In this document: positions 39,201 to 50,800 of the stretch, one piece after another
Layout of the letters: each line of letters starts with the position of its first letter
How positions within the stretch are numbered: position 1 is the stretch's first letter
Origin: Botryllus schlosseri
Lineage: Eukaryota
Assembly: GCA_051294905.1 (NCBI GenBank)
Contig: CM119373.1
Coordinates: 4,404,001 to 4,468,000, forward strand
Length of the DNA: 64,000 nt
Direction of reading: 5' to 3'
The notes under the pieces: generated by a model
The model's database searches: none
Seen by the model: the letters and a program-made list of their open reading frames with translations, nothing else
What the model was told of the DNA's origin: nothing
Position numbers and translations under genes: made by a program

Positions 39201-41262
39201 AAAAAATGAACGACCTCATAGGGTCGCGACCTCTAGGGTGTGAACCCCTGCTCAAAAACATTTTTATATACCGTTTATGCAAACTCTGCTACCGTTCCCA
39301 CGTTCATCGGTATATACTCCATTTTTGCTCATTTTAATTTGCCTAGTACCATCATTCGCATTACAATGTTTTGTTTCATTTATATAGCGTTATAATTCTG
39401 GATTACCGTCAGTTTTCGTGTATTAAAATCTCGGTGTTAATACCCACTATTTTCGCCTAGAGTGCAATGCCTATTGCCTATATACCATGCTGGGCAGCGA
39501 CTATATTTGCACTTAACTCTGGATGGTATAGTGAAAAATCCTTTTCCATTTAGAAACGTCATTTTAATGCGTCAATTACGAGATGATTTGTTTAAAATTT
39601 ATTTCACTGAAGGACCTTTCAGACGGACACTGACAATGAAGCATATATATTGTTCTCATTATTGACATATTTTTATTTGTGATAACATTGTTCTATCCAG
39701 ATTTATATCATAATTCAACTGTTCTAAACGACAGACCAGCGCAGTGTGAATCGAGTCATAGACTATCTACAAAACCAGGCAGACAAGATCGTGTCAATCG
39801 ACACAACTGTTATTGACGTAAACGAATTCACGACAGCGGCCCCGGGTGATGTTCACACTGGCGTGACAACGTACTGCAATTCGACAAATTCTACGCTACA
39901 GACCGCAGGTGAGTTTGTTTTATTTGTTTGATATTCGGGCCGACATTCTTTTATTTTTGATTCCGTATTTATCGACTTATAGCACGGCCCACTTCTAGAC
40001 TTTTGTAAGACACCGCTCACGCGGATGAGAAGGCCAAGGGGAGCCATGATAAACCACCAACAGTTTGGCAGGAATTCCGGAGTTGACATCGGTTGGACTC
40101 GAACCCTCAACCCATTGGTGTTGTAGCAATACGCTATCTCGCCATCGCAAGTGGCTTGAAACATCAGCTTGAAATTGACTAATCGGACGAATTGAGTTGA
40201 GCTTTGAAGACTGCGGGGTTGGGCTGTTCAAAAATAACTTTTTGTTCCGGATTCCAGCCATTTACTAATTATATTGTCCGGTTACTCAAAAAAAAAACGC
40301 TGCACAACAAATTTAGTTCGATTTTAACAACTATAAACCGCCCTAGATCCAATTGAAATTCACAATTTATTAGGGAAAATTTTAAAAAAATAATCCATTT
40401 TTTTGTCAACCCCATGAAATTGTTGAGTTGTCTTCAAAGATGATGCAGAACAACTTGGTCTCAATTCCAACTACTAGAAGCGGAGTTATTTGAGTTTTTC
40501 GTTGATAATTCTCGAAAGTCAAATGTTGACAGCCCGAGTGGTGGCTAAATTTATACGAAAATATCAAACCGTACTCTGTACGGTATAATAATACTTAACA
40601 TTTATCTTCTAGCATGCGATTCCTCACGTTTCACGTTCAAAAGCACAGATCATCTCGATTATATACGATACAACGGTTCTGTACCACGGATGACTTCATT
40701 TTCGGCGTGCGCTTGGATCCAGCCGAAGAACAGAACGAACAGCAGTCACGCAATTATCAGCTATTGCGTACCCGGTACTAAAAACTGCAACACGTTCGTG
40801 GTCTGGCTGATACGCAACAAGATCAGAGTGACCTTCAATTCTAGCGACTTGAAACTCAAGAATATCTACTCCGAGATATCCGACAGAAACACTGAGCATC
40901 GAACACATATTTGTATCGTTAAAGAAAATACTTCCATGAGTTTGTACATCAACGCCTCGAAGAAGGATTTTGAGAGCTTGGTGCCTGCAACACTGGAAGG
41001 TGGTGGTGTATTGATCTTGGGCCAGAATTTGGACGGAGGAATGAACGGATCTGATCCCAAGCCGCGGCATTATAATCAAGGATTTCGCGGTGAAATAGAA
41101 GGTTTCAAACTCTGGAATAGATCACTAAATGGCGGAGAAATTGAGGGAATATACGAGTCCGGAGGATGCAGATGTCCGTTAGGAGTCATTATAAATTTCA
41201 ACCAATCCAATTCGGTGGTAGTGGGCAACGTAATTGAAAATTGGTACATTACCTGCAACTAA
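30255..41262 (+). CDS. Pentraxin-domain gene B, 5 exons (30255-30327, 32025-32074, 33241-33250, 39735-39908, 40613-41262), 318 aa, probably secreted
   Basis: All introns GT-AG with compatible phases (1,0,1,1); total 957 nt open. MPMTGILLRRIWQWAFVIVFLG hydrophobic leader, Thr-rich stalk, pentraxin domain. Architecture mirrors gene C; the 39735 acceptor is the weakest site. Confidence 0.75.
31162..31428 (+). mobile_element. tRNA-derived SINE
   Basis: A-box TAGCGCAGTGG, B-box TTCGAGTCC, (CAA)n tail; homologous minus-strand copies at ~39914-40148 and ~52179-52460. Confidence 0.75.
32137..33126 (+). mobile_element. hAT MITE (TAGGGATGGTGTGAAC family) in intron 2 of gene B
   Basis: Perfect TIR TAGGGATGGTGTGAAC/GTTCACACCATCCCTA; TSD ATATCAAC. 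Confidence 0.9.
34633..36675 (-). CDS. BEL/Pao polyprotein part: three zinc knuckles, aspartic protease, reverse transcriptase fused to the integrase C-terminal tail
   Basis: CLYCHGQHGLFKC, CFGCLKQNHITKVC, CEVCNKVHPTVLH; ALDEHSDCTFI; WYLIHHGVYHPTKPNKIRVVYD, ADIEQMF, HLFG, YVDD; then YPNEDGHVRR...ERPIQKFILL. Confidence 0.9.
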   Translation of the reverse strand: MNCLYCHGQHGLFKCASFKDAEHATKIQFLHEKRLCFGCLKQNHITKVCRHRLRCEVCNKVHPTVLHRDSTDKEVMQRSTPESRPAISKQKTSSANCLMTGIDRVKSTRIVPVWIQDALHPEKEIKTYCALDEHSDCTFISEKLMDMFDAESHDVNLRITTLYNVTMAAARKVKGLRVRGLGGPYIDLPSCYSTDEIPVSTEQVVSRSMIKDCPMYQGIMSECVEFDSNIDVDILIGTDCIEALSPMEVITDEESNSYAIKSVLGWSIVGLVTKSCPSTLHCYRIVSHNVNNPSFVPIHQTKELINPVTVLKCFEQDFSEISLKPGIMSASLSDKPISIEDKKFLRICENGIEKTATGHYELPLPFRSEPKIRNNKPLAIKRLQAVKKKMSQNPKYKHDYCKFMEKIISKGYAEKVQKDDRGTPGQTWYLIHHGVYHPTKPNKIRVVYDGSAKYQGECLNDLLLPGPCLTNSIIGVMLRFRKGLYCFTADIEQMFYSVHLKPEYRDLFRFLWWENGDMSRDPEEYRMTVHLFGVSSSPGCSIFALKKTAEDNAEEFGADVAKVIISSSYVDDILASCDSISESLLLTKSCKEVCKRGGFNLTKFAPNNTKVYPNEDGHVRRLLCRVANSALDSKGRRTKDALLLERPIQKFILLKKAEEPNYSPTRSLFCLLLNCLIFWC
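36672..38594 (-). pseudogene. BEL/Pao gag region interrupted by an in-frame TAA (37665-37667) and a frameshift before the zinc knuckles
   Basis: RKRTPTEKG N-terminal motif, coiled-coil stretch, PKVFRGDILEYPVW...LSYLNKYTAGEA (BEL gag core); the two ORFs share a frame. Confidence 0.85.
39914..40148 (-). mobile_element. tRNA-derived SINE in intron 4 of gene B
   Basis: Reverse complement shows GAGATAGCGTA...GGGTTCGAGTCC...CTAGAAGTGGGCCG shared with the 31162 copy. Confidence 0.7.
40613..41262 (+). CDS. Pentraxin-domain exon of gene B
   Basis: TCTTCTAG acceptor; SFSACAW...SYC...CNTF...THICIV...LYIN...GGGVLILGQNLD...QGFRGEIEGFKLWNRSL. Confidence 0.9.
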
Positions 41263-44200
41263 ATCGTTTTGTTATAGTCCAAGTCTGCGACCAATTTCAA
41301 CGGAAATAAGAAGAAACGAAACATTCAACGTACTCGCTTTAGAGCAGAGGTGGTGGACCCTATGCCCGCGAGAACGTTATGATTGGTCTGCACGGTGAAG
41401 TAGAGTATTTTGGGCATACTTATTCAACTTGAAATTTTTCTTCGCGCCGCGCGCGATATAGTGTAACTATATTTTTTGCTTTAAATGTGGTCATCGATCA
41501 TCTGAAACAAATGCATATCTTATAGATTTAGCTACATCACAGTATAACAACATGTTTCATATAAATAATTTACAGAAATGAACGAAATGGACCGACCAGA
41601 ATCTAACCCGCGAGTTCTTTAGGAATTTTCATTAACCGTGTATCATGCGTGCCCTACATTTTCGAATAGGCCAATATCATCAGCTCGAACTGTAAATCTG
41701 ATCAAGTACATATAAAATATTTGCAAGTTCCAGTATCATTGCCCAAATTAACTTATTAACCAGCTTCGTGCAACTGCTGCGTTTTTGCACATTTAATTTT
41801 CGAAAGTTGAATACTAGCGAGTTTGTTGCGTAAGGAGCCGATAGATCTAAACAGATAAGTATCGCGGAGCAGTGTAGCATAGTTCCCTTGAAACACAAAC
41901 CCGCACAATCAATCGTACACTGTAACGTGGTCACTGGCCAAAAATGTCGGACACATTGCATCCCAGTTTGCGCTTTTAAGCCTTTCGCGAATGATTTTGG
42001 TAAGTGGTCGGCCAATATATATCAGGCGTATGACGTCTGGAATTAAAAACTTGAGAGATATCACCATCATGATATGGTTTGTAGCTGATGATACAAACGA
42101 CGTTGCGTCGCGCCGGAAATTTATACTCCATAATAGTTAAACACTGTATATTAATGGCCATTTAGAACAATTTATAAACTGCCGTGATGCTACATAATAT
42201 GACGGTTGTGCTACCTTAGAAAAGAATTATGGCAATAACATATTTAATTGAAAAACTACATTAATGCACGCAATCAAATGTTGTTGGGGAAAAAGATGTA
42301 TCGGGAGCTTGTCGTTATTACGGTGTTTGAGCAGTTTAGATGTGGCATAAAATAAAAGTCCGCAGTTTTTCTGCAGTGGTACAGGGCAGGTTATTTTGTG
42401 TACCGTGCAGATATCATCCAATAGCATTAAACAGTGCAGTAATCGCTTCAGGTTGGCAAGGATCCGAGTCCGAATAAAGTCAAATCTGGTAGGCCAGCTT
42501 CCGATTACTTCCGGCCTAACTATGGTGTATGCGACTCTTCTCTTCCATTTGTATCGTAAAGGCTAGGATTAACTGCAGAGTTCGGCCTGTAAAATTTTGT
42601 GGAGCGATACCTGCAAGAAATGACAATATGAACAGAAAATGTAACTTTTGATACAGAATGTGAGGAAGAATTTTCATTCAGTGATAATGAAAATTAGCAA
42701 CTGTGCCTTATCTGTCAAAATTCGCTCAATAATAATAATGCTACAGTACCTTGAAACGTTGTTACGAAACCAAACTCCAAAACATTGCCACGAGTTGCCC
42801 GAAAACAGATTCACGGAGTAATAGTATTACCGAGGGGTAATCCTTCCTAAATGCTCCGAAACATTTGGAGGAACTGCTCCGCACTGCTAATCAGCCTGAT
42901 TTCTAACAACTTCCAGTCCAGGGGAGACGCCCGTATCACCACACAATAATAAAACTTCATTCGATAGCTTACATTTCATTGTGACGGAATAAATTCGTAC
43001 TTCTGAATTTTTTGATGTGGTTATTTTAGAACTAATATTTTCTATATGTGTCTCGTGGATGACGCAGGTCTGCCCACCTCTAAACTGTAACATCTGAAGT
43101 TTAAAACTGCGATTTGATTTGAAGATCAAGCTATTGTTGGGATCTAGCGGCATGCAAGTGATAACTTTGAACATACTATATGTCAAACCACTCTGCTAAA
43201 TATTTTATAGGCATCAGACATAGTAACCAACCGGAAGTATTTGGCTGTAGAGGATGCAGCTTATCATCATGATAGCATTTTTATTCTCATGCAGGACGTT
43301 GTCGAGGTAAAGTGTGCCACTAAAGACAGCTGTAGGTAAGGCAACTATATACGCTGACGTAGGATTGTTCATTGTCACTTATAGACATATAATATAATAT
43401 AATACAAATCTATACCATATGGTTATTGTGAACGCCTGAAATATTCTATCTGGTTCTAACAAGAACTTTGATAAAATGTTCGATGTGAAAACGAACGGGA
43501 AAAGAACATGATATCATGTGTCAGAAGTCACAATGAAAATTCAAATATTCCTATTCTGCAGCACTGTCTGTATAACATATTGCTGATGTAATAGTCATAT
43601 TCAGGGAGTATTTGGCATAATTACAAATATGTCAATCATGTCCGCTCATGTCTCATAACAGGCTGTTAGTCTAATCGCAACAGATACGTAGTTAGCTTGC
43701 GGCGCACATATAGTCAGTCCATTCCCTTCATTAGGAGTGTCTGACACAGGAATATAAGCTCTCGCTCTCGCTCTAGCCTGTTTCAACGTCAAGTCCGTCG
43801 CGGCTTAACAGCAATTTGGAACTATATATAGAATAATGTGATATTCCATGCGATATTTTCAAGAATCCATAAACTTTCCGAATATTCTATATTTACCTTA
43901 ATTTGGGGGTCAAGTTTCTCTTTCGCTTACATTGTCACGAAAGGAATTTTTATGAGGTGTGGTTTCTCCATGTTGACAAATCCGTAGACATCGGGTACTA
44001 TGTTTTTTGAAAAGCTGAGACTTTTCCGATTCATTTGGTATATTACTCAAAAATGATGGATTGGAGAAAATAAATAAAATACGTAAACCTGAATAAATGG
44101 TTTTCACCTAAAATTTCCAGATATTTTCCGAGTGTGAAATTTTGTCGAAAATTCTGCCATAACCTCAGAAGACGACTAGTACGGTATTCTGTGTATTTTC

Positions 44201-44900
44201 CCACCATTTCGAACATCAAGCCTCGTTCAGGGGGGGTTATCTGAGGGGGTTTGTAAATTTTGGTCACGTTTCAGTGATTTTAAAGATCCAGGTCATGATA
44301 AAGTCCAAGTTCCTGACGGCATATGACTCATAAACCGGTTTACTGTGTCTGCAAATGATTGGATTTGACCAAGAAAAGCATACTGCGTTGTTTCATGCCA
44401 TAAACCGGAGGTTAAGGGTGCGATTGGCTCCTGATCACGAGCTTGACCTTGATGCTACTCACTGACCACGTCCATTTGTAAATTTACCATGTATCTTCGA
44501 TTTTTCGATATCTGGCGAACCGGGTGGTTCACAACCATGGTTGACGGCTTGTTCGAAATTAAGTAAAGCAACGTTGGCTACGCACTGATGCGTGATTTTG
44601 TCTCTCTGACGCCCTCCTGGGGGTCAGCCTTGATAAATAAGAGAGAGAGAGAAGGGATTATTTGGAGCAGAAGTTTGTTTGTTTGAGCTTATAAAAACCC
44701 TAGACGTGTCATGGGGCGTCGATCACGGGCGGAATCGGTAGAGGGCTGTACTCCGTCCACTTTTAAACTGGAGCGACCCAGATTCAAGTTTTGGTGGAGT
44801 CACAGTGTGAATTTGAAAAGTGCACAATGTGACCCTATAGCGTGCTCTGTCGTGGGCGCGCGTTCTTCTAGGTCCGCGGCTCGGTAAGACATAGTAGACA

Positions 44901-45391
44901 CGTCAGCATTCTTCTTTTATTAAAACTACTAAAACACGACGGCGATGTTCTTCGGAGGCGATGTTCTTCGGACGGTTACTAAAAGCGACTGCACCTCCGA
45001 CGGTGACTAAAAGCCGACTGCACCTCCGACGGTGACTAAAAGCCGACTGCGCCTCGGACAGTGACAAAATGCGACTGGCACACATAGGTTCGCAAACGGC
45101 AACAAATAGCAACATGATTGATGATCAGTGCGGGTAATCATGGTAATCAGGGAGCGGTTACGCTACAACCCCACCTCGTATATGCCCCATCACGAAATGT
45201 GCAGAATGTAGAACCTGGTGTTAGCATAAGCATCGCGATCGTGAACAGAATCCCTAATGTATACGTTGATGATTTACTGGTACATAACGACGTGCTATAC
45301 GCTGATCTTGATCTTGAAGGAACTGCTCCATGAGGGTGTGATCCGACAAAGTTAAATCAGACACACACAGTTTTAGTCAAAGGTGTCACCA
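44901..45391 (-). repeat. Possible solo LTR containing a 29-bp minisatellite (~44970-45078)
   Basis: GACGGTGACTAAAAGCCGACTGCACCTCC about 4 times; ends (C)GTCAG...TCACCA with flanks AGACA/AGACT; AATAAA on the minus strand near the left end. Confidence 0.4.
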
Positions 45392-45456
45392 AGACTATAC
45401 GGCAGCATAACCCACAGGTTCATAAGTTCTGTATGAACTGCCAGGGCGGCAATATT

Positions 45457-46449
45457 CAGTGTTGGGATGACTCGAGTCATGACTTGACTCGAGTCAGACT
45501 CGAGTCACCTTTTTTGTATGACTTGACTTGACTCGAGTCACTTTGCAAAAATGACTTGACTTGACTTGACTCGACGCCTCAGAAATGCGGATTGACTCGT
45601 GACTCGGAGCAAAATTCACGAGTCAATTTCAAGTCATTAAGTAAACGGTGTCGATTAAATCACCCTATATTATGTATGTTTTGGTTGTTAGCGATACGCC
45701 GGTGTCACTTGCGAGAGCAACCAGTCTTCAATAATTGTAAGTTTCACTTATCATCCATAGTTAGCCTACATCACCAATAAATTGACCGCTTACGAAACCA
45801 TCACACCTACGTTGTCGTAGTAGCAGTAGATTTATCTAATCGCATCGTATCTCTGTTTCTTAGGCAGCTTAGTGCTTACATTGAGCAGTGCCCACCTTTA
45901 CCAACACTCTTGTATGATTAAATCGAGCGAATATAGTTTATGCCTTTATATTCTCACAGAGGTGTAGGTGGGTAGTGCCTATTGTACCACATCAATTTGT
46001 TCAACTCGTCGAGGCTTCGTGTTCGATCCTTTATAGTGCCTGATAAAATCAGACTATAGCATGTAGCTATACAGTTACTCACCTATTTTATTATCAGTTC
46101 TACGTGTGCGTGAGCGATACAACACATTTTTGCATGAATATTTAACTTCATAATCGTCATTTGATTCAGGATAAATGGCCAATTAATCTATCCTTCACAC
46201 AGTTAGCAAAATGTAATGACTTTGGATCATCACATATACTTCGAAAATTAAATTTGACTCGAATCGTGACTTGACTCGTGACTTGACTTGACTTGACTCG
46301 ACTTGATTCGAGTCACCTCCAAAAAACGAGTGACTTGACTTGACTCGAGTCACCTTTGAAAATCGATTGACTTGACTTGACTCGAGTCAAAATGTGCAAT
46401 GACTCGAGATGACTCGTGACTCGAAGGTAGTGACTTGATCCCAACATTG
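45457..46449 (+). mobile_element. hAT-type MITE (CAGTGTTGGGAT family)
   Basis: TIR CAGTGTTGGGAT/ATCCCAACATTG; perfect TSD GCAATATT; (GACTT)n subterminal arrays. Confidence 0.9.
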
Positions 46450-47291
46450 GCAATATTCTTAAGTCGTAGTTTTGCCTTCAGGCGATTTATGCATACAATG
46501 CGCCGAACACGTTCACTTGAAGAACTACTCGGTTGTAATGTTGTATCCACAAATTAATATAACTTGCAAATAAATAGTTGATAGAACAACAGCAATGGTT
46601 CATGTCACACCCAATTGCAGTCTTGTGATTAATATGGAACCTGTCGTGATTTGTAACAGGCCGCAAATAAATGAACAAGTAGGTTTGCTGGTAATTGGCG
46701 TATGGCAGAGGAAACGTTACGAACAAAATCGACATATGTTGCGAATAAACTTATAACCTCGTGTGAAGCCGTGACGCCATCTTGGAAAATCTCGTCATTG
46801 CAGAACTGTCTGCACTGGTTCCATGAGACACTGGCTAAACAAATACTTCGTGTCGAGATAGAGCAGTGGCGCGTTCAACGGCTGGAATACCAATGTGCAG
46901 CGAGTTTGAGTTCGACCGAGGTTGACTACAGTATTTCCACCTATGTGTTGGAGGTTTATGTAGGCTTCTACTCATCATCTGACCCGCCAACAGAACAGTG
47001 GTTCTCAACCTTTGCTACCTACGGAATATAGTTACGCTATTCTGCAAGCCTTCGATGACCCTAAAAGGGAAAAAAAGTCAAGGCAATACTGTTGGCAAGC
47101 ATCGACTATGTACCGGGGTAGAGACTGACGACATGATACGGTTTAGTCGATGCTGGGCTTTAATAATGAATTTTACCCACAGCGTGCCATTATATAGTTT
47201 ATTTTACAAGTCTATTTAGCGAGGAAGGTCGTGATGGCATGATGTGTTGGTGCGTGCGTTCCGTTGCATTGCAAATTCACACGCTCTAAAA

Positions 47292-47586
47292 CAGTGGTTC
47301 CCAACCTGGGGGGCGTGAAAGCATCTAAAGGGAGGCGTAAAGAAGCGGTCAACTGAAAGAAATTTTTGCACTCTGCGCGATTTACCTCCAATTCACGCGT
47401 TTTTCTATAGATAGACCGAGTTTCATATTTTTATTTGTATCATCAACAGTCATACCCTTCCATGCCATCAAACAATCTGTTGAGGTTGATAGCATCCCGG
47501 TTGGATTTTGTGATATGACGGTATGACGGAGCGAAATTTTCACTGTCATAAAGGGGGGCGTGTCTAAAAATGGTTGGGAACCACTG
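47292..47586. mobile_element. hAT MITE ~290 bp upstream of gene C start codon
   Basis: CAGTGGTTCCCAACC/GGTTGGGAACCACTG; TSD CTCTAAAA/CTCCAAAA. Confidence 0.85.
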
Positions 47587-47874
47587 CTCCAAAATATATA
47601 CAATTCATTGACATTTATTTCTGTAATATATCAGGATTGTTGTGTGTCAGTATGCCGTGAGAAATTTTTACTAATCAACGGAGTTTATTGTTGGTGACGG
47701 GTAGTGGTTTGAGGAATTGCGCAAGGGTACCTTCGTCGTGCATGTATCCATACTCGCTTCGAAAGGCGAACAATTATTGTACCGATCGAAGTAATAAAAG
47801 CTCAGCCGCTAGCGAAATTATGTAAGACCATACTTGTCACTGTAGGTATAGGATTAGTAGCATCACAAAATAAA

Positions 47875-50800
47875 ATGGAGACAACAGCTCGGTATGTGAA
47901 AAGCTGGAGATGGCTTATAATGGCGATATCATTTGCAGGTACGAGTTTAAGTTATTTCTGATCTACATCCGACGACTCCTTCACGGATTCAAATTTTTAT
48001 TTCCATTGTTCCCATTGCCATCATATTATTTCATCAGTTATTCAGTGACTATACGATGTATTTCTGGTGCCCTTTGACATTTTATCGCTATGAATGATGA
48101 TTATAGGGCGAATCCTGCAAATTGTATGGTACAGAAAATAGCCTTTACATTCTAAGTATGTCTGTGGATATATTTAAAATTTATACGTGACGGCGTGAAC
48201 GCTAAGATTTGATATACTGGTGAAATTGTGGAAGACCTCCTGATATAGTCGATTTAAAGAGATTCACAATAGTTTTTAGACAGCTTTATTTCCGCGTCCT
48301 CACGGCAGCCAGTTCAGACAAGAAGAAACATGCATTGTCATGGATCCACCAAGTGTCCATTTAACGGAGTCGGAGCTAGACACTTGGCGGGCCCTAGAAA
48401 TAACAGTACCATCACAATAGTAACTAACAATCATCACATACACCCATAATGGGTGGGCTGTCACACTGCTCCCCCCCAAAGTAGAGGGAATTACATAATA
48501 AAAAATTCACTCTCATGTCAAACCAAAAACTAACAAAAATAACCAAAATAAACAGTAATCATGACTCATAATCCAACAAATACCTAGGACGCCTAACAAA
48601 ACGTTTCGACCTTGTAGTGTATGCAGTTTCAGGCACGTCCTGGTCATTCACAATATCAAAAATCTCATCACCATGATCAGAAACATCAGCTATTACTGGT
48701 CTTATTCGCGGTATCACTGGACGAATGATCCGCTACTAATGGTTTAAAGCTTGATGGGTCGGTTGAGCAGGCACATTTTGATTAAACACCGGGCCATACA
48801 TCTGGTTCGGAGCAGGATACTGGAATTGACATTGCTCGGCCACGTGACCAGCTCCACGGCACCTCGCGCAAACAGGAACCGGGCAATTACGTATCAAATG
48901 GGACGGATCACCGCACCGGTAGCATTTCGGCATTACACGACGTTCTGGTTTTGAATACTTAACTGGGGCAGATTCCATCGATTTCACCAGTTTCCTAACC
49001 TCCAAAGACAAAGTTTCCAAGTCTTTGCGAAGATCAGAAACACCAGAACACACACCACTACTAGACGTACAATTTCCATCAGAGTCATAACCATCACCAG
49101 TTTTAATCAAAGATTTGGCCACCTTACCCTGGTCTACTTTACTAGAAAAAGCGCCTTCATAAACCTCTGCGACTTTGATCAGGTCGTCCAAATTGCTTGA
49201 ATCCTGCAAGCTAAGTAAAGCACACACATGGGGGTCTGAGAAACCATGGCAAAACTGCTGAATTACCATCTGCTCACAAACTTCGTCAGACATTTGAGGA
49301 TATGCCTTATGGGCTAAACTTCGCAGGGCCGCAGCAAAAGCTGTGGGTGACTCCCCTGGCAAGTTCTTTCTAGTGGTGAAGGAATTACGATAAACCAGTG
49401 AGCCATGAGAACTAGTTTTACACCTTTTTCTCAAATGTTCAACGAGGCGCACATACTGCACACGAACCTCAGCTGACAACTCACACGCAACAGACAAAGC
49501 TCGGCCACGCAAACTAGCACCCAAATAGCAACCTTTACGTTCATTGTTCCACTCATTACACAAAGCAGTAAATTCAAAATGACAGAGGTATTCCTCCAGA
49601 GAAGTACCACTAGCACCATCAAATGTGTCGGGTGCCATTTTAACATAATCAGACGCACCATAATGGAACGGTCCCACATTCATCATTTTAGGACTACTTT
49701 GAGCACCATTACAAGGAGGGACAAATGCTGTCTCATCTCCACAAGAATCTATCACAAATCCAACCGTGGGCCTACTTACAGGATCACAACCTAATTCCCC
49801 ATTGCTGTCGGTATCAACCTTAGGCGAGTTCACCACAGAAGCCAACATACCTTTTATGTCACCCATGCCACTGCTCATTAACTGGAACTTTTCTTCAAAT
49901 CCGCTGTTCATCAGCTGCAACTTTTCTTCAAATCCCCGAACTTGCGAGTTGAGAGCAGCTACATCCCCATTGACCGAATTCATCAATTCCGCAGCCTGAC
50001 GCTTCGCTTCGTATGCCATATTCCGCGGAATACCTTCCATAATTTTTTCCAATCTCGCCAAGCTTTCTTTGACTTTTCCATCCACACCGGTACTGGTATC
50101 AGCAGAGTCATCATCCGAATCCGAAATCGTGTCAAGCACTAGGAATCTGTTGCGTGCCTCCAGATAACTCTCCTTTGACGAGGAAATAGTATCGACTTTG
50201 TTTTTCGGCGTGCTCGCCATTGTGGAAGACCTCCTGATATAGTCGATTTAAAGAGATTCACAATAGTTTTTAGACAGCTTTATTTCCGCGTCCTCACGGC
50301 AGCCAGTTCAGACAAGAAGAAACATGCATTGTCATGGATCCACCAAGTGTCCATTTAACGGAGTCGGAGCTAGACACTTGGCGGCCCTAGAAATAACAGT
50401 ACCATCACAATAGTAACTAACAATCATCACATACACCCATAATGGGTGGGCTGTCACAAAATGTCCGTATACCGATGATATTCTCCAATTGCGAAAAATC
50501 CACATTTGCATAGGGATCAAACGTGCTTTTGTAATGATCACATGATGCGAAATGTTTTTACCGTGGCATGTTAGAGTCGAGATTGACGCAGCATTGACAA
50601 ACATTTTTTAGCTGTGAAAAATCGCACAGATTTTGAATGATAATGATTCTATATTACACGTGAAGGCAGAGACATGCCAATCTAATTTCAATCTATATCG
50701 AATGAAATGAACATCAGAAAATTGGTCGAGTCAGTGGCATATATTCTGTTTGCGTATGTAACAGTCTTGGTTTCGAAGTGCTGTCAGTATTGAAACTTGG

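Noticed and set aside
39701..39734. Stronger-looking acceptor at 39700 for the gene B stalk exon
   Set aside because: It gives stops in the usable frames; the 39734 acceptor keeps frame and aligns with gene C.
44940..45080. 29-bp repeats resembling a CRISPR array
   Set aside because: Head-to-tail with no unique spacers, no cas genes and a eukaryotic context; it is a minisatellite.
45457..46449. Dense GACTCGAGTC/GACTT arrays as a regulatory or CRISPR-like system
   Set aside because: They are subterminal repeats of hAT MITEs bounded by TIRs and 8-bp TSDs.
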